Assembly (NCBI GenBank): GCA_030390025.1
Contig: JASTWF010000033.1
Coordinates: forward strand, 6,140,001 to 6,204,000
From: Squalus acanthias
Taxonomy: Eukaryota
Length of the DNA: 64,000 nt
Direction: 5' to 3'
Made by a program: the position numbers and the translations under genes. Below, one piece after another: positions 1-10,782 of this stretch. The notes beneath the pieces were generated by a model that was not told where the DNA came from, did no database searches, and saw only the letters and a program-made list of their open reading frames with translations. Positions within the stretch are counted from its first letter, which is position 1; every line of letters begins with the position of its first letter.

Positions 1-254
1 TTCCCCGGTGTAGAGGATGCAATATTTAAATTAACAATTAACTTTAACGTTATTCCACGGTGTAGAGGATACCATGTTTAAATTAACAACTAACTGTAAC
101 TTCATTAACTGCTGCATATGATTCCATGTGTAAATTAACAAATAACTGTAACTTGATTAACCGGTGTAGAGAATACCACGAGTAAATTAATAATTAACTA
201 TAACTTTATTAACTGCTGTCGGGGATAGCATGTGTAAATTAACAATTAACTGTA
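1..254. repeat. 52-bp satellite array (continues left of window)
   Basis: Tandem, somewhat diverged copies of the 52-bp monomer; ends at AATTAACTGTA (244-254), the left copy of a target-site duplication. Confidence 0.97.
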
Positions 255-352
255 CGATAGCAAAATACTGCGGATGCTGGAAATCTGAAATAACAACAGA
301 AAACGCTGGAAAAACTCAGCAGGCGAGGCAGCATCCGTGGAGAGAGAAAGAG

Positions 353-389
353 AGTTAACGTTTCGGTTCGATGACCTTTCGTCAGAACT
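353..389 (-). ncRNA. Minimal type-I hammerhead ribozyme motif of the PLE terminus
   Basis: Minus strand reads AGUU-CUGACGA-AAGGUCAUCGAACC-GAAA-CGUU-AACU: CUGANGA and GAAA core boxes, stem I AGUU/AACU, stem II GGU/ACC, loop-less palindromic stem III (ACGU), GUU cleavage triplet. Confidence 0.75.
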
Positions 390-696
390 GTGAAGAGCCG
401 GAAATCAAATAGATTTAAGGCCAGAGTAAAGCTGGGATAAGGAGGAGGGGATAAAAGAACAAAGAGGGAGATGAAGAGACATTAAGAGACATTAAGAGAT
501 ATGCAAGGCTAGAGGTGGTGTCGACAGCGGGGGAGGAGGAGCCTTTCTTTCTTTCTCTCTCCCACAGAGCGGTCAGCAGCGGGGAAGGAGGAGCGGACCT
601 GGTTGGAGCGGCAGAGGCCTGAGGTGAGTCAATAAACTCACCTACGTGGCCTTTTTCCCCAGCGGGGTAAGAGCTTCGCGGGCTTTTTCAAAGGCA

Positions 697-731
697 GGGG
701 GCGGGGCCAAATCATTGGTACCCGTATATAG
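697..731 (+). promoter_or_regulatory. Putative internal Pol II promoter of the CR1 5'UTR (GC box, inverted CCAAT, TATA-like)
   Basis: GGGGGCGGGGC 697-707, ATTGG 714-718 and TATATAG 725-731 in canonical order, ~190 bp upstream of the ORF1 ATG; motif-level evidence only. Confidence 0.45.
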
Positions 732-920
732 GTGGAGCGGTTGCTAAACCCGAGACACTACACTAGTAGTGACTCCCACCCTCCCACCTCCTCTAACCTT
801 TAGGGTAGAGGGAATTTAAAAGGTAGGTTCGATTTTATATTTTGTTTTCAGGGACTTAACTCCTGGACCTAAGATAAATAAGTTTAAATTTTAGTAATAA
901 AGTAACATAAGGGTTAAGTC

Positions 921-1865
921 ATGACAGGAAGTCTCGGACCCGTTTCATGCTCCTCCTGTGCCATGTGGGAAACCAGGGACACTTCCAGTGTCCCTGACAA
1001 CTACGTGTGCGGGAAGTGTGTCCAGCTGCAGCTCCTGACAGCCCGCATGGCGGTGCTGGAGCTGTGGGTGGACTCACTCTGGAGCATGCACGATGCCGAG
1101 AACTCGGTGAATCGCTCATTTAGTGAGTTGTCCACACCGCAGGTAAAGGCTAGGACAGACAGTGTATGGGTGACCAAGAAGCAGGGCAATATCAGGAAGG
1201 TAGTGCAGGAGTCTCCTGTGGTCATCTCCCTCCAAAACAGGTATGCCGCTTTGGATACTGTTGGGGGAGATGGCCTACCAGGGGAAGGCACCAGCAGCCA
1301 GGTTCATGGCAGCATGGCTGGCTCTGCTGCACAGCAGGGCGGGAAAAAGAGTGGTAGGGCTATAGTGATAGGGGACTCAATTGTAAGGGGAATAGACAGG
1401 AGTTTCTGTGGCCGCAACCGAGATTCCAGGATGGTATGTTGCCTCCCTGGTGCAAGGGTCAAGGATGTCTCGGAGCGGCTGCAGAACATTCTGAAGAGGG
1501 AGGGTGAACAGCCAGCTGTCGTGGTGCATGTAGGTACCAACGATATAGGTAAAAAGCGGGAAGAGGTCCTACAAGCAGAATTTAGGGAGCTAGGAGCTAA
1601 ATTAAAAAGTAGGACCTCTAAGGTAGTAATCTCTGGATTGCTACCAGGGCCACGAGCTAATCAGAATAGAGAGAACAGGTTAGTGAGATTGAATACGTGG
1701 CTTGAGCAGTGGTGCAGGAGGGACGGATTCAAATTCCTGAGGCATTGGAACCAGTTCTGGGGGAAGTGGGACCTGTACAAAAGGGACGGTCTGCGCTTGG
1801 GCAGGACTGGAACCGATGTCCTCGGGGTAATATTTGCTAAAGCAGTTCGGGAGGATTTAAACTAA
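921..1865 (+). CDS. CR1 ORF1 protein: N-terminal CxxC...CxxC zinc finger and leucine-rich coiled coil, plus SGNH/GDSL esterase-like domain
   Basis: CSSCAMWE...YVCGKCVQLQLL; SGNH blocks IVIGDSIV, PGA, VHVGTND and DGLRL (His replaced by Arg); open 314-aa frame. Confidence 0.9.
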   Translation: MTGSLGPVSCSSCAMWETRDTSSVPDNYVCGKCVQLQLLTARMAVLELWVDSLWSMHDAENSVNRSFSELSTPQVKARTDSVWVTKKQGNIRKVVQESPVVISLQNRYAALDTVGGDGLPGEGTSSQVHGSMAGSAAQQGGKKSGRAIVIGDSIVRGIDRSFCGRNRDSRMVCCLPGARVKDVSERLQNILKREGEQPAVVVHVGTNDIGKKREEVLQAEFRELGAKLKSRTSKVVISGLLPGPRANQNRENRLVRLNTWLEQWCRRDGFKFLRHWNQFWGKWDLYKRDGLRLGRTGTDVLGVIFAKAVREDLN

Positions 1866-1912
1866 TATGGCAGGGGAAGGGGAATCTATGTAGCGAAACA
1901 GGGGGAAGTAAT

Positions 1913-4849
1913 ATGCAGTCAGAAACAAATGTTAGAAGGGTGAGAAACAATAGGGGAAGGCCGAGTAAACAAAGTCAAGAAACACAAAGGGCCATACTAA
2001 ATCATAAGTCTAAAAGGACAAAGGATGTTAATAAAATAAGCCTAAAGGCTCTGTGTCTTAATGCAAGGAGTATCCGTAATAAGGTGGATGAATTGACTGT
2101 GCAAATAGATGTTAACGGATACGATGTGATTGGGATTACAGAGACGTGGCTCCAGAACAATCAAGGCTGGGAACTGAACATCCAGGGGTATTCAACATTC
2201 AGAAAGGATAGAATAAAAGGAAAAGGGGGTGGGGTAGCATTGCTGGTTAAAGAGGAGATTAATGCAATAGCTAGGAAGGACATCAGCTTGGAGGATGTGG
2301 AATCAATATGGGTTGAGCTGCAGAACACCAAAGGGCAGAAAACGTTAGTGGGAGTTGTGTACAGACCTCCAAACAGCAGTGGTGAGGTGAGGGAGGGTAT
2401 GAAACAGGAAATCAGAGGTGCGTGCAAAAAAGGCACGGCAGTTATCATGGGTGACTTTAATATGCATATAGATTGGGCTACTCAAACTGGAAGCAATACG
2501 GTGGAGGAGGATTTCCTGGAGTGTTTAAGGGATGGTTTCCTAAACCAATATGTTGAGGAACCAACTCGAGGGGAGGCCATCCTGGACTGGGTGTTGTTTA
2601 ATGAGGAAGGACTAATCAGCAATCTTGTGGTACGAGGCCCCCTGGGGAAGAGTGACCATAGTATGGTGGAGTTCTACATTAGGATGGAGAAGGAAACAGT
2701 TAAGTCAGAGACCATGGTCCAGAACTTAAATAAGGGCAACTTTGATGGTATGAGGCGTGAATTGGCGAGGTTAAATTGGCAAGCGATATTTAAGGGGCTA
2801 TCAGTGGAAGGGCAATGGCAGACATTTAGAGATCGCATGGATGAACTACAACAATTGTACATCCCGGTCTGGCGTAAAAATAAAAAAGGGAAGGTGGCTC
2901 AACCATGGCTAACAAGGGAAATCAGGGATAGTATTAAAACCAAGGAAGTTGCATACAAATTGGCCAGAAGTAGCAGCAAACCCGGGGACTGGGAGAACTT
3001 CAAAACTCAGCAAAGGAGGACGAAGGGTTTGATTAGGGCAGGGAAAATAAAATATGAAAGGAAGCTTGCAGAGAACATTAAAATGGACTGCAAAAGCTTC
3101 TATAAATATGTAAAAAGAAAGAGGTTAGTAAAAACAAACGTAGGTCCCCTGCAGTCGGAAACAGGGCAAGTCGTAATGGGGAACAAGGAAATGGCAGATC
3201 AATTGAACAAGTACTTTGGTTCGGTGTTTACTGTGGAGGACACACACAACCTGCCGGAAATAAAAGGGGTCAGAGGATCTGGTAAGAGGGAGGAGCTGAG
3301 GGAAATCCTTATTAGTCGGGAATAGGTATTGGGGAAATTGATGGGACTGAAGGCTGAAAAATCCCCGGGGCCTAATGGTCTGCATCCCAGAGTACTTAAG
3401 GAGGTGGCCTTGGAAATAGTGGATGCATTGACGATCATTTTCCAACATTCCTTAGACTCTGGATCAGTTCCGATGGAGTGGAGGGTGGCCAATGTAACCC
3501 CTCTTTTTAAAAAAGGAGGGAGGGAGAAAGCAGGGAATTATAGACCGGTCAGCCTGACATCGGTCGTGGGTAAAATGATGGAAGCAATTATTAAAGATGT
3601 CATAACAGACCATTTGGAAAGTGGCGACATGATAGGTCCAAGTCAGCATGGATTTGTGAAAGGGAAATCATGCTTGACAAATCTTCTGGAATTTTTTGAG
3701 GATGTTTCTAATAGGGTGGACAGGGAGGTACCAGTAGATGTGGTGTATTTGGACTTTCAGAAGGCCTTCGACAAGGTTCCACACAAGAGATTGGTGAGCA
3801 AAGTTAAAGCACATGGGATTGGGGGTAATGTGTTGACGTGGATTGAGAACTGGTTGACACACAGGAAACAAAGAGTAGGAGTAAATGGGTACTTTTCAGA
3901 ATGGCAGGCAGTGACCAGCGGGGTACCGCAGGGTTCGGTGCTGGGACCCCAGCTGTTTACATTATATATTAATGATTTGGACGAAGGGATTAAATGTAAT
4001 ATCTCCAAATTTGCGGATGACACTAAATTGGGAGGCAGTGTGAACAATGAGGAGGATGCTAGGAGGCTACAGAGTGACTTGGACAGGTTGGGTGAATGGG
4101 CAAATGTATGGCAGATGAAGTACAATGTGGATAAATGTGAGGTTATCCACTTTGGTGGTAAAAATAGAGAGGCGGACTATTACCTGAATGGTGGCAGATT
4201 AGGGAAAGGGGAGGTGCAACGTGACCTGGGCGTCATGGTACATCAGTCACTGAAGGTGGGAATGCAAGTGCAGCAGGCAGTCAAGAAAGCAAACGGAATG
4301 ATGGCCTTCATAGCAAGGGGATTTCAGTACAGGAGTAGGGAGGTGATGCTGCAGTTGTGCAGGGCCTTGGTGAGGCCACACCTGGAGTATTGTGCGCAGT
4401 TTTGGTCTCCTAACTTAAGGAAGGACATTCTTGCTATTGAGGGAGTGCAGCGAAGGTTCACTAGATTGATTCCTGGGATGGCCGGACTGACATATCAAGA
4501 AAGATTGGGTCAACTGAACTTGTATCCTCTGGAGTTCAGAAGAATGAGGGGGGATCTTATAGAGACATTTAAAATCCTGGCTGGTTCAGACAAATTAGCT
4601 GCGGGCAGAATGTTCCCAATGTTAGGGAAAACTAGAACCAGGGGTCACAGTCTAAGGATTAAGGGGAAGCCATTTAAGACTGAGCTGAGGAGGAACTTCT
4701 TCAACCAGAGAGTGGTGAATCTATGGAATTCTCTTCCACAGAAGGTTGTTGAGGCCAGTTCGCTAAATATATTCAAAAGGGAGTTAGATATAACACTCAC
4801 AACTAGGGGGATCAAGGGGTATGGCGAGAAAGCAGGAATGGGGTACTGA
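1913..4849 (+). pseudogene. CR1 ORF2 (APE endonuclease plus reverse transcriptase) with a single in-frame TAG at 3323-3325
   Basis: APE motifs LNARS, GITETWL, GDFN, SDH; RT motifs YLDFQKAFDKV, GVPQGSVLGP, FADD; C-terminal WNSLP. ORF-track segments 1913-3325 and 3329-4849 are in the same frame. Confidence 0.93.
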
Positions 4850-4883
4850 GGTAGCATTTTCAGCCATGAACGCATTGAATGGC

Positions 4884-4922
4884 GGTGCAGGCTCGAAGGA
4901 CCGAATGGTCTACTCCTGTACC
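4884..4922 (+). other. CR1 3'UTR stem-loop (putative ORF2p recognition structure)
   Basis: Outer stem GGTGCAGG/CCTGTACC and inner hairpin GACC-GAAT-GGTC; compensatory changes in other copies in the window. Confidence 0.75.
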
Positions 4923-5089
4923 TATTTTCTATGTTTCTATGTTTCTAATGTGACAGATTAAGGCTGAAAGAAGTGTGAAATCCACTGGCAGAATGAAGGA
5001 CAGCTGCCAGCTTCTAGGAGGAAAAAAAAGGTGGGGGGGGCAAATAAAAGGATGGAAAAAATAAAATATAAATGTGATTGGAGCTGAGG

Positions 5090-6013
5090 TTATGATCTAA
5101 CATTCTTGAACTCGATATTGAGTCCAGAGGGCCTAAACGAAAGATGAGGTGCTTTTCCTCGAGCTTACGCTGCGCTTCCGTGGAACAGTGTAATAGGCCG
5201 AGGACGGTGAGGTGAGAGTGGGAGTGAAGCGGTGAATTAAAGTGACAGGCCACCGGGAGCTCGGGATCCCCCTTACGGACTGAACGGAGGTGTTCCGCAA
5301 AGCGGTCACCCAATCTGCGTTTGGTCTCCCCAATGTTGAGGAGACCACATCGTGAGCAGCGAATACAGTATACTAAATTGCAGGAGGTACAAGTAAATCG
5401 CTGTTTCACCTGGAAGGGGTGTTTGGGGCCCTGGACAGTGGGAAGAGGGGAAGTGTAAGGGCATGTGTTGCATCTCCTGCGCGTGCACGGGAAGGTGCCG
5501 GGCGAAGGGGAAGGGGTGCTGGGGGTGGTAGAGGAGTGGACTAGGGTGTCGCAGAGGGAGCGGTCCCTGCGGAATGCTGAAAGGGGAGGTAAGGGGAAGA
5601 TGTGTTTGGTGGTGGGATCACGCTGGAGGTGGCGGAAATGGCAGAGGATGATCCGTTGAATGTGGAGGCTGGTGGGGTGAAAGGTGAGGACAAGGGGAAC
5701 CCTATCGTGGTTCCGGGAGGGAGGGGCAGGGGTGAGGGCAGAAGTGCGGGAGATAGAACGGACACGGTCGAGGGCCGTGTCGAACACGGTAGAGGGGAAT
5801 CCTCGGTTGAGGAAAAAGGGAGACATGTCGGAAGCACTGGTATGGAAGGTGGCATCATCAGAGCAGATGCGGCGGAGACGGAGAAACTGGGAGAATGGAA
5901 TAGAGTCCTTACAGGAGGCGGGGTGGGAGGAAGTGTAGTCCAGGTAGCTGTGGGAGTCAGTGGGCTTGTAGTGAATGTTAGTCAATAACCTATCCCCAGA
6001 GATGGAGATGGAG
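5090..6013 (-). pseudogene. PLE ORF remnant: RT C-terminal region, Cys-rich linker, GIY-YIG endonuclease
   Basis: YKPTDSHSYL..SHP..K.SIPFSQFLRLRRICSD; linker PCTRRRCNTCP; NLVYCIRCSRCGLLNIGETKRRLGDRFAEH...HFN. A frameshift near 5130 hides the probable original end (GLNIEFKNVRS*, stop 5090-5092). The Cys-rich linker suggests a Neptune-type PLE (inference). Confidence 0.88.
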
Positions 6014-7734
6014 AATTAACTGTAAATTGATTAACTGCTGTAGGGGATACCACGTGTAAATTAACAATTAACTGTAACTTTATTCCCCGGTGCAGAGGAT
6101 ACCATGTGTAAATTAACAATTAACTGTAACTTTTTCCACGGTGAAAAGGATACCATGTGTATGTTAACAATTAAATGTAACTATATTCCCCAGTGCAGTG
6201 TATACTATGTGTAAATTAACAATTAACTGTAACTTTATTCCCCTGTGCAGAGGATACCATGTGTAAATTAACAATTAACTGTAAATTTATTCACTGCTAT
6301 AGAGGATACCATGTGTTAATTAACAGTTAACTGTAACGTAATTCCCCGGTGTCGAGGATACCGTGTGTAAATTAACAATTAACTGTAACTGTATTTCCCG
6401 ATGTGGAGGATACCGTGTGTAAATTAACAATTAACGATAACTTTATTCCCTGGTGTAGGGGATACATGTGTAAATTAACAGTTAACTGTAACTTTATTCA
6501 CTGGTGCAGAGGATATCTTGTTTAAATTAACAATTAACAGTAACTTTATTCTCTGTTGCAGAGAATATCTTGTTTTAATTAACAAATAACTGTAACTTTA
6601 TTCACAGGTGCAGAGGTAAAAATGTTTAAATTAACAATTAACTGTAACATTATTCGCCTGTGTAGAGGATACAATGTGTAAATTAACAATTAACTGTAAC
6701 TTTATTCCCCGGTGTAGAGTATAAAGTGTTTAAATTAACAATGATCCGTAACTTTATTCCGCGCTGTAGAGGATACAATGTGTAAATTAACAATTAACTG
6801 TAACTTTATTTCCCGTTGTAGAGTATAACATATGTAAATTAACAATTAACTGTAACTTTATTCCCCGGTGTAGAGGATAAAATTTTTAAATGAACAATTA
6901 GCTGTAACTTTATTCCGCGGTGTGGAGGAGACCATGTGCAAATTTACAATGAACTGCAACTTTATTCCCTGGTGTAGAGGATACCATTTGTAAATTAACA
7001 ATTAACTGCAACTTTATACCCTGGTGTAGAGGATACAATGTTTAAATTGACAATTTCCTGTAACTGTATTGCCTAGTGTCGAGGATTCCATGTGCAAATT
7101 AACAATTAACTGCAACTTTATTCCCCGGTGCAGTGGATACAATGTTTAAATTAACAATTTATTGTAACTTTATTTCCTGGTGCAGAGGATACCATGTGCA
7201 AAGTAGCAAATTAACTGCAAATGAATTCCCCTTGTGTGGAGGAGACAATGTTTAAATTAATAATTTCCTGTAACTTTACTCCCAGGTTTAGAGGATTCCA
7301 TGTGTAAATTAACAATTCACTGTACCTTTATTCACTGGTGTGGAGGATATCTTGTTTAAATTAACAATTAACTGCAAATTATTCCCCGGAGTAGAGGATA
7401 CCATGTGTAAATTAACAATTAACTGTAACTTTATTCACTTCCGCAGAGGATACCATCAGTAAATTATCAATTTGCTCAAAATTTTTATCTCTGGTGTAGA
7501 GGATACCGTGTGTAAATTCACAATTAACAGTAACTTTGTTTCCTGTGTGCAGAGGATAACAATTGTAAATTAACAATTAACTGTAACTTTATTTCCCGGC
7601 GTTCAGGATATCATGTGTAAATTAACAAATAACTGTAATTTTTTCACTAGTGCAGTGGTTACCATGTGTAAATTAACAATTAACAGTAACTTTATTCCCC
7701 GGTGTGGAGGGTACCATCTGTAAATTAACAATTA
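6014..7734. repeat. 52-bp satellite array
   Basis: About 33 monomers; period checked at TTAACAATTA 6061 vs 6113. Confidence 0.98.
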
Positions 7735-7826
7735 CATAGAAACATAGAAGATCGGAGCAGGAGTAGGCCATTCGGCCCCTCGAGCCTGCTCCACCATTCG
7801 ATGAGATCATGGTTGATCATCCAAAC

Positions 7827-10620
7827 TCAGTACCCTGTACCTGCCTTCTCCCCATATCCCTTGATACCTTTAGCTTTAAGAAATATATCTAAATCATTCT
7901 TGAATATATTTAATGACTTGGCCTCAACTACCTTCTGTGGTAGAGAATTCCATAGGTTCACCACTCTCTGGGTAAAGAAATTCTTCCTCATTTCTGTCCT
8001 AAATGGCTTACCAGTTATCCTCAGATTATGACCCCTGGTTCTGGGCTCTCCGACCATCAGGAACATTCTTCCTGCATCTAGTTTGTCCAGACCTGTCAGA
8101 ATTTTATATGTTTCGATGAGATCCCCTCTCATTCTTCTATACTCCAGCGAGTATAAGCCCAATCGACCCAATCTCTCCTCATATGTAATTCCTGCCATCC
8201 CAGGCATCAGCCTTGTGAATCTTCGCTGAACTCCTTCCATGGCAAGAACATCCTTCCTCAGATAAGGCGAATAAAACTGCACACAGTACTCAAGGTGTGG
8301 TCTCACCAAGGCCCTGTATAACTGCAGCAGGATATCCCTATTCCTATACTCAAACCCTTTCGCTATGAAGGCCAACATACCATTTGCCTTCTTCACCGCC
8401 TGCTGCACCTGCATGCTTACTTTCAGCGACTGGTGCACAAGGACACCTAGGTCTCGTGCACTTCCCCTTCTCCCAATCTATTGCCATTCAGATAATAGTC
8501 TGCCTTTCTGTTTTTGACAACAAAGTGGATCACCTCGCAATTATCCACGTTATATTGCATCTGCCACGCTTCTGCCCACTCACACAACCTGTCCAAATCA
8601 TCCTGGAGTTTCTCGGTATCCTCCTCGCAGCACACACTCCCACACAGCTTTGTGTCATCTGCAAACTTGGAGATATTACATTTAGTTCCCTTATCTAGAT
8701 CATTAATGTATATTTTGAATAGCTGGGGTCCAAGGACCGATCCCTGCGGTACCCAACTAGTCACAGCTTGCCACTCGGAAAAAGACCCATTAATTCCTAC
8801 TCTCTGCTTTCTGTCCGCCAACCAGTTCTCTATCCAAGTCAATACCTTGCCCCCAATCCCATGTGCCTTAACTTTACACGCTAATCTCTTATGCGGGACC
8901 TTGTCGAAAGCCTTTTGAAAGTCCAAATACACCACATCTACTGGTTCTCCCTCATCTATTTTCCCAGTTACATCCTCAAAAAATTCCAGTAGATTAGTCA
9001 AGCACGATTTACCTTTTGTAAATCCATGTTGACTTTGTCCGATCCTGTCACTGTTTTTCAAGTGCTCAGCTATTACATCAAATACCGATGTCAGGCTTAC
9101 CGGTCTGTAATTCCCTGCTTTCTCTCTACCACCCTTTTTGAATAGTGGGGTAACATTAGCTACCCTCCAATCCATGGGTACAGTTCCAGATTCCATCGAA
9201 TGTTGGAAGATGATCAGCAATGCATCTACTATTTCTAGGGCCACTTCCTTAAGTATCCTAGGATGTAGAATTTCAGGCCCTGTGGATTTATCGGCCTTTA
9301 ATCCCGTCAATTTCGCTAACACCATTTCCCTGCAAATACTAATTTCTTTCAGTTCCTCCCTTTCATCAGACCGTATTTTCTCCAACATCTCTGGGAGGTT
9401 ATTTGTGTCCTCCTTTGTGAAGACAGAACCAAAATATGCATTTAATTGGTCTGCCATTTCTTTGTTCCCCATTATAACTTCCCACGCTTCTGACTGCAAG
9501 GGACCTACACTTGATTTCACTAATCTTTTTCTCTTCACATATCTATAAAAGCTCTTACAGTCAGTTTTTATGTTCCCAGCAAGCTTACTTTCATATTCTA
9601 TTTTCCCCTTCTTAATTAATCCCTTTGTCCTCCTTTGTTGAATCCTAAACTGCTCCCAATCCTCAGGGCTACCGCTTTTTCTGGCCAATTTATATGTCCT
9701 CTCCTTGGATCTTATGCTATCCCTAATTTCCCTCGTTAGCCACGGTTGAGTCACCCTTTTTGTTTTATTCTTATGCCACTCTGGGATGAACATATTCTGT
9801 AGTTCATCCATGCAGTCTTTGAATGATTGCCATTGCCTATCCACCGTCAACCCCTTGAGTGATATTCCCCAATCAATCCTACCCAATTCGCGCCTCATAC
9901 CATTGTAGTTTCCTTTATTTAAATTCAGGACCCTAGTCTCTGATTCAACGACTTCACTCTCCATCCTAATGAAGAATTCTATCATATTATGATCACTATG
10001 ACCCAAGGGGCCTCGTACAACAAGATTGCTAATTAATCCTTTCTCGTTACATAATACCCAGTCTAAGATGTCCTGATCTCTGTTTGGTTCCTCGACATAT
10101 TGTTCCAGAAAACCATCTCGTAAACATTCTAGGAATTCCTCCTCCACAGTATTTTTACTAATTTGGTTAGCCAATCTATATGTAAAATAAAGTCACCCAT
10201 GATGACTGCTGTGCCCTTACTGCATGCTTCTCTAATTTCCCTTTTAATGCCGTCCCCAAACTCCATATTACTGTTTGGAGGTCTATATACCACTCCCACT
10301 AACGTCTTATGCACCTTGTTATTTCTCAGTTCTACCCCTACAGATTCCGCATCAGCAGAGCTAATATCCTTCCTTTCAATTGTGTTAATCCCCTCTTTAA
10401 CCAGCAATGCTACCCCACCTCCCTTTCTTTTTTGCCTATCTTTCCGAAATATTGAATAACCCTGGATGTTGAGTTCCCAGCCTTGGCCACCCTTGAGCCA
10501 TGTTTCTGTAATCCCAATCAAATCGTATTCATTTACCTCTATTTGCGCAGCTAATTCATCCACCTTGTTCCGAATGCTCCTTGCATTAAGACACAAAGCC
10601 TTCAGGCTTGTTTTTTTTAA
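7827..10620 (-). pseudogene. CR1 copy 2 ORF2 (APE-RT), disrupted
   Basis: Frameshifts near 10170 and 8450; in-frame loss of 27 bp at ~9080 (VGKMLESIIK to F), visible against the related copy at 63560-63620. Confidence 0.92.
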
Positions 10621-10782
10621 CGCTCTCAGAACTATATGAATTATTATTTAATGAGACCATGTTTGATTTAAACCGTTGAGTTCTTTGCCTTCTACTTTTG
10701 TTTTTCTCCTTCCTGTCTTTAGCTTTTATCCTTGTTTCCCTTTCCTCTGTCTCCCTGCTCAGGTTCCTAAACCCCTGCCACT

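Larger units (their letters stand above)
474..4947 (+). mobile_element. Near full-length CR1-clade LINE (copy 1): 5'UTR, ORF1, ORF2, 3'UTR with (TTTCTATG)n tail
   Basis: Two ORFs with esterase and APE-RT domains; short 3'UTR ending TTTTCTATGTTTCTATGTTTCTA; 5' boundary uncertain by tens of bp. Confidence 0.93.
255..6013 (-). mobile_element. 5'-truncated Penelope-like element (PLE), interrupted by a CR1 LINE at ~474-4947
   Basis: RT C-terminus plus GIY-YIG frame at 5090-6013 (-); terminal region with hammerhead motif at 255-~470; the whole composite is flanked by the direct repeat AATTAACTGTA (244-254 and 6014-6024). Confidence 0.88.

Noticed and set aside
732..800. HDV-like ribozyme in the CR1 5'UTR
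   Set aside because: One hairpin is visible but I cannot build the nested double pseudoknot.
6071..6122. CENP-B box in the monomer
   Set aside because: Best match on the minus strand (ATCCTCTACACCGGG-type) lacks TTCG and the conserved A; only about 6 of 9 core positions match.
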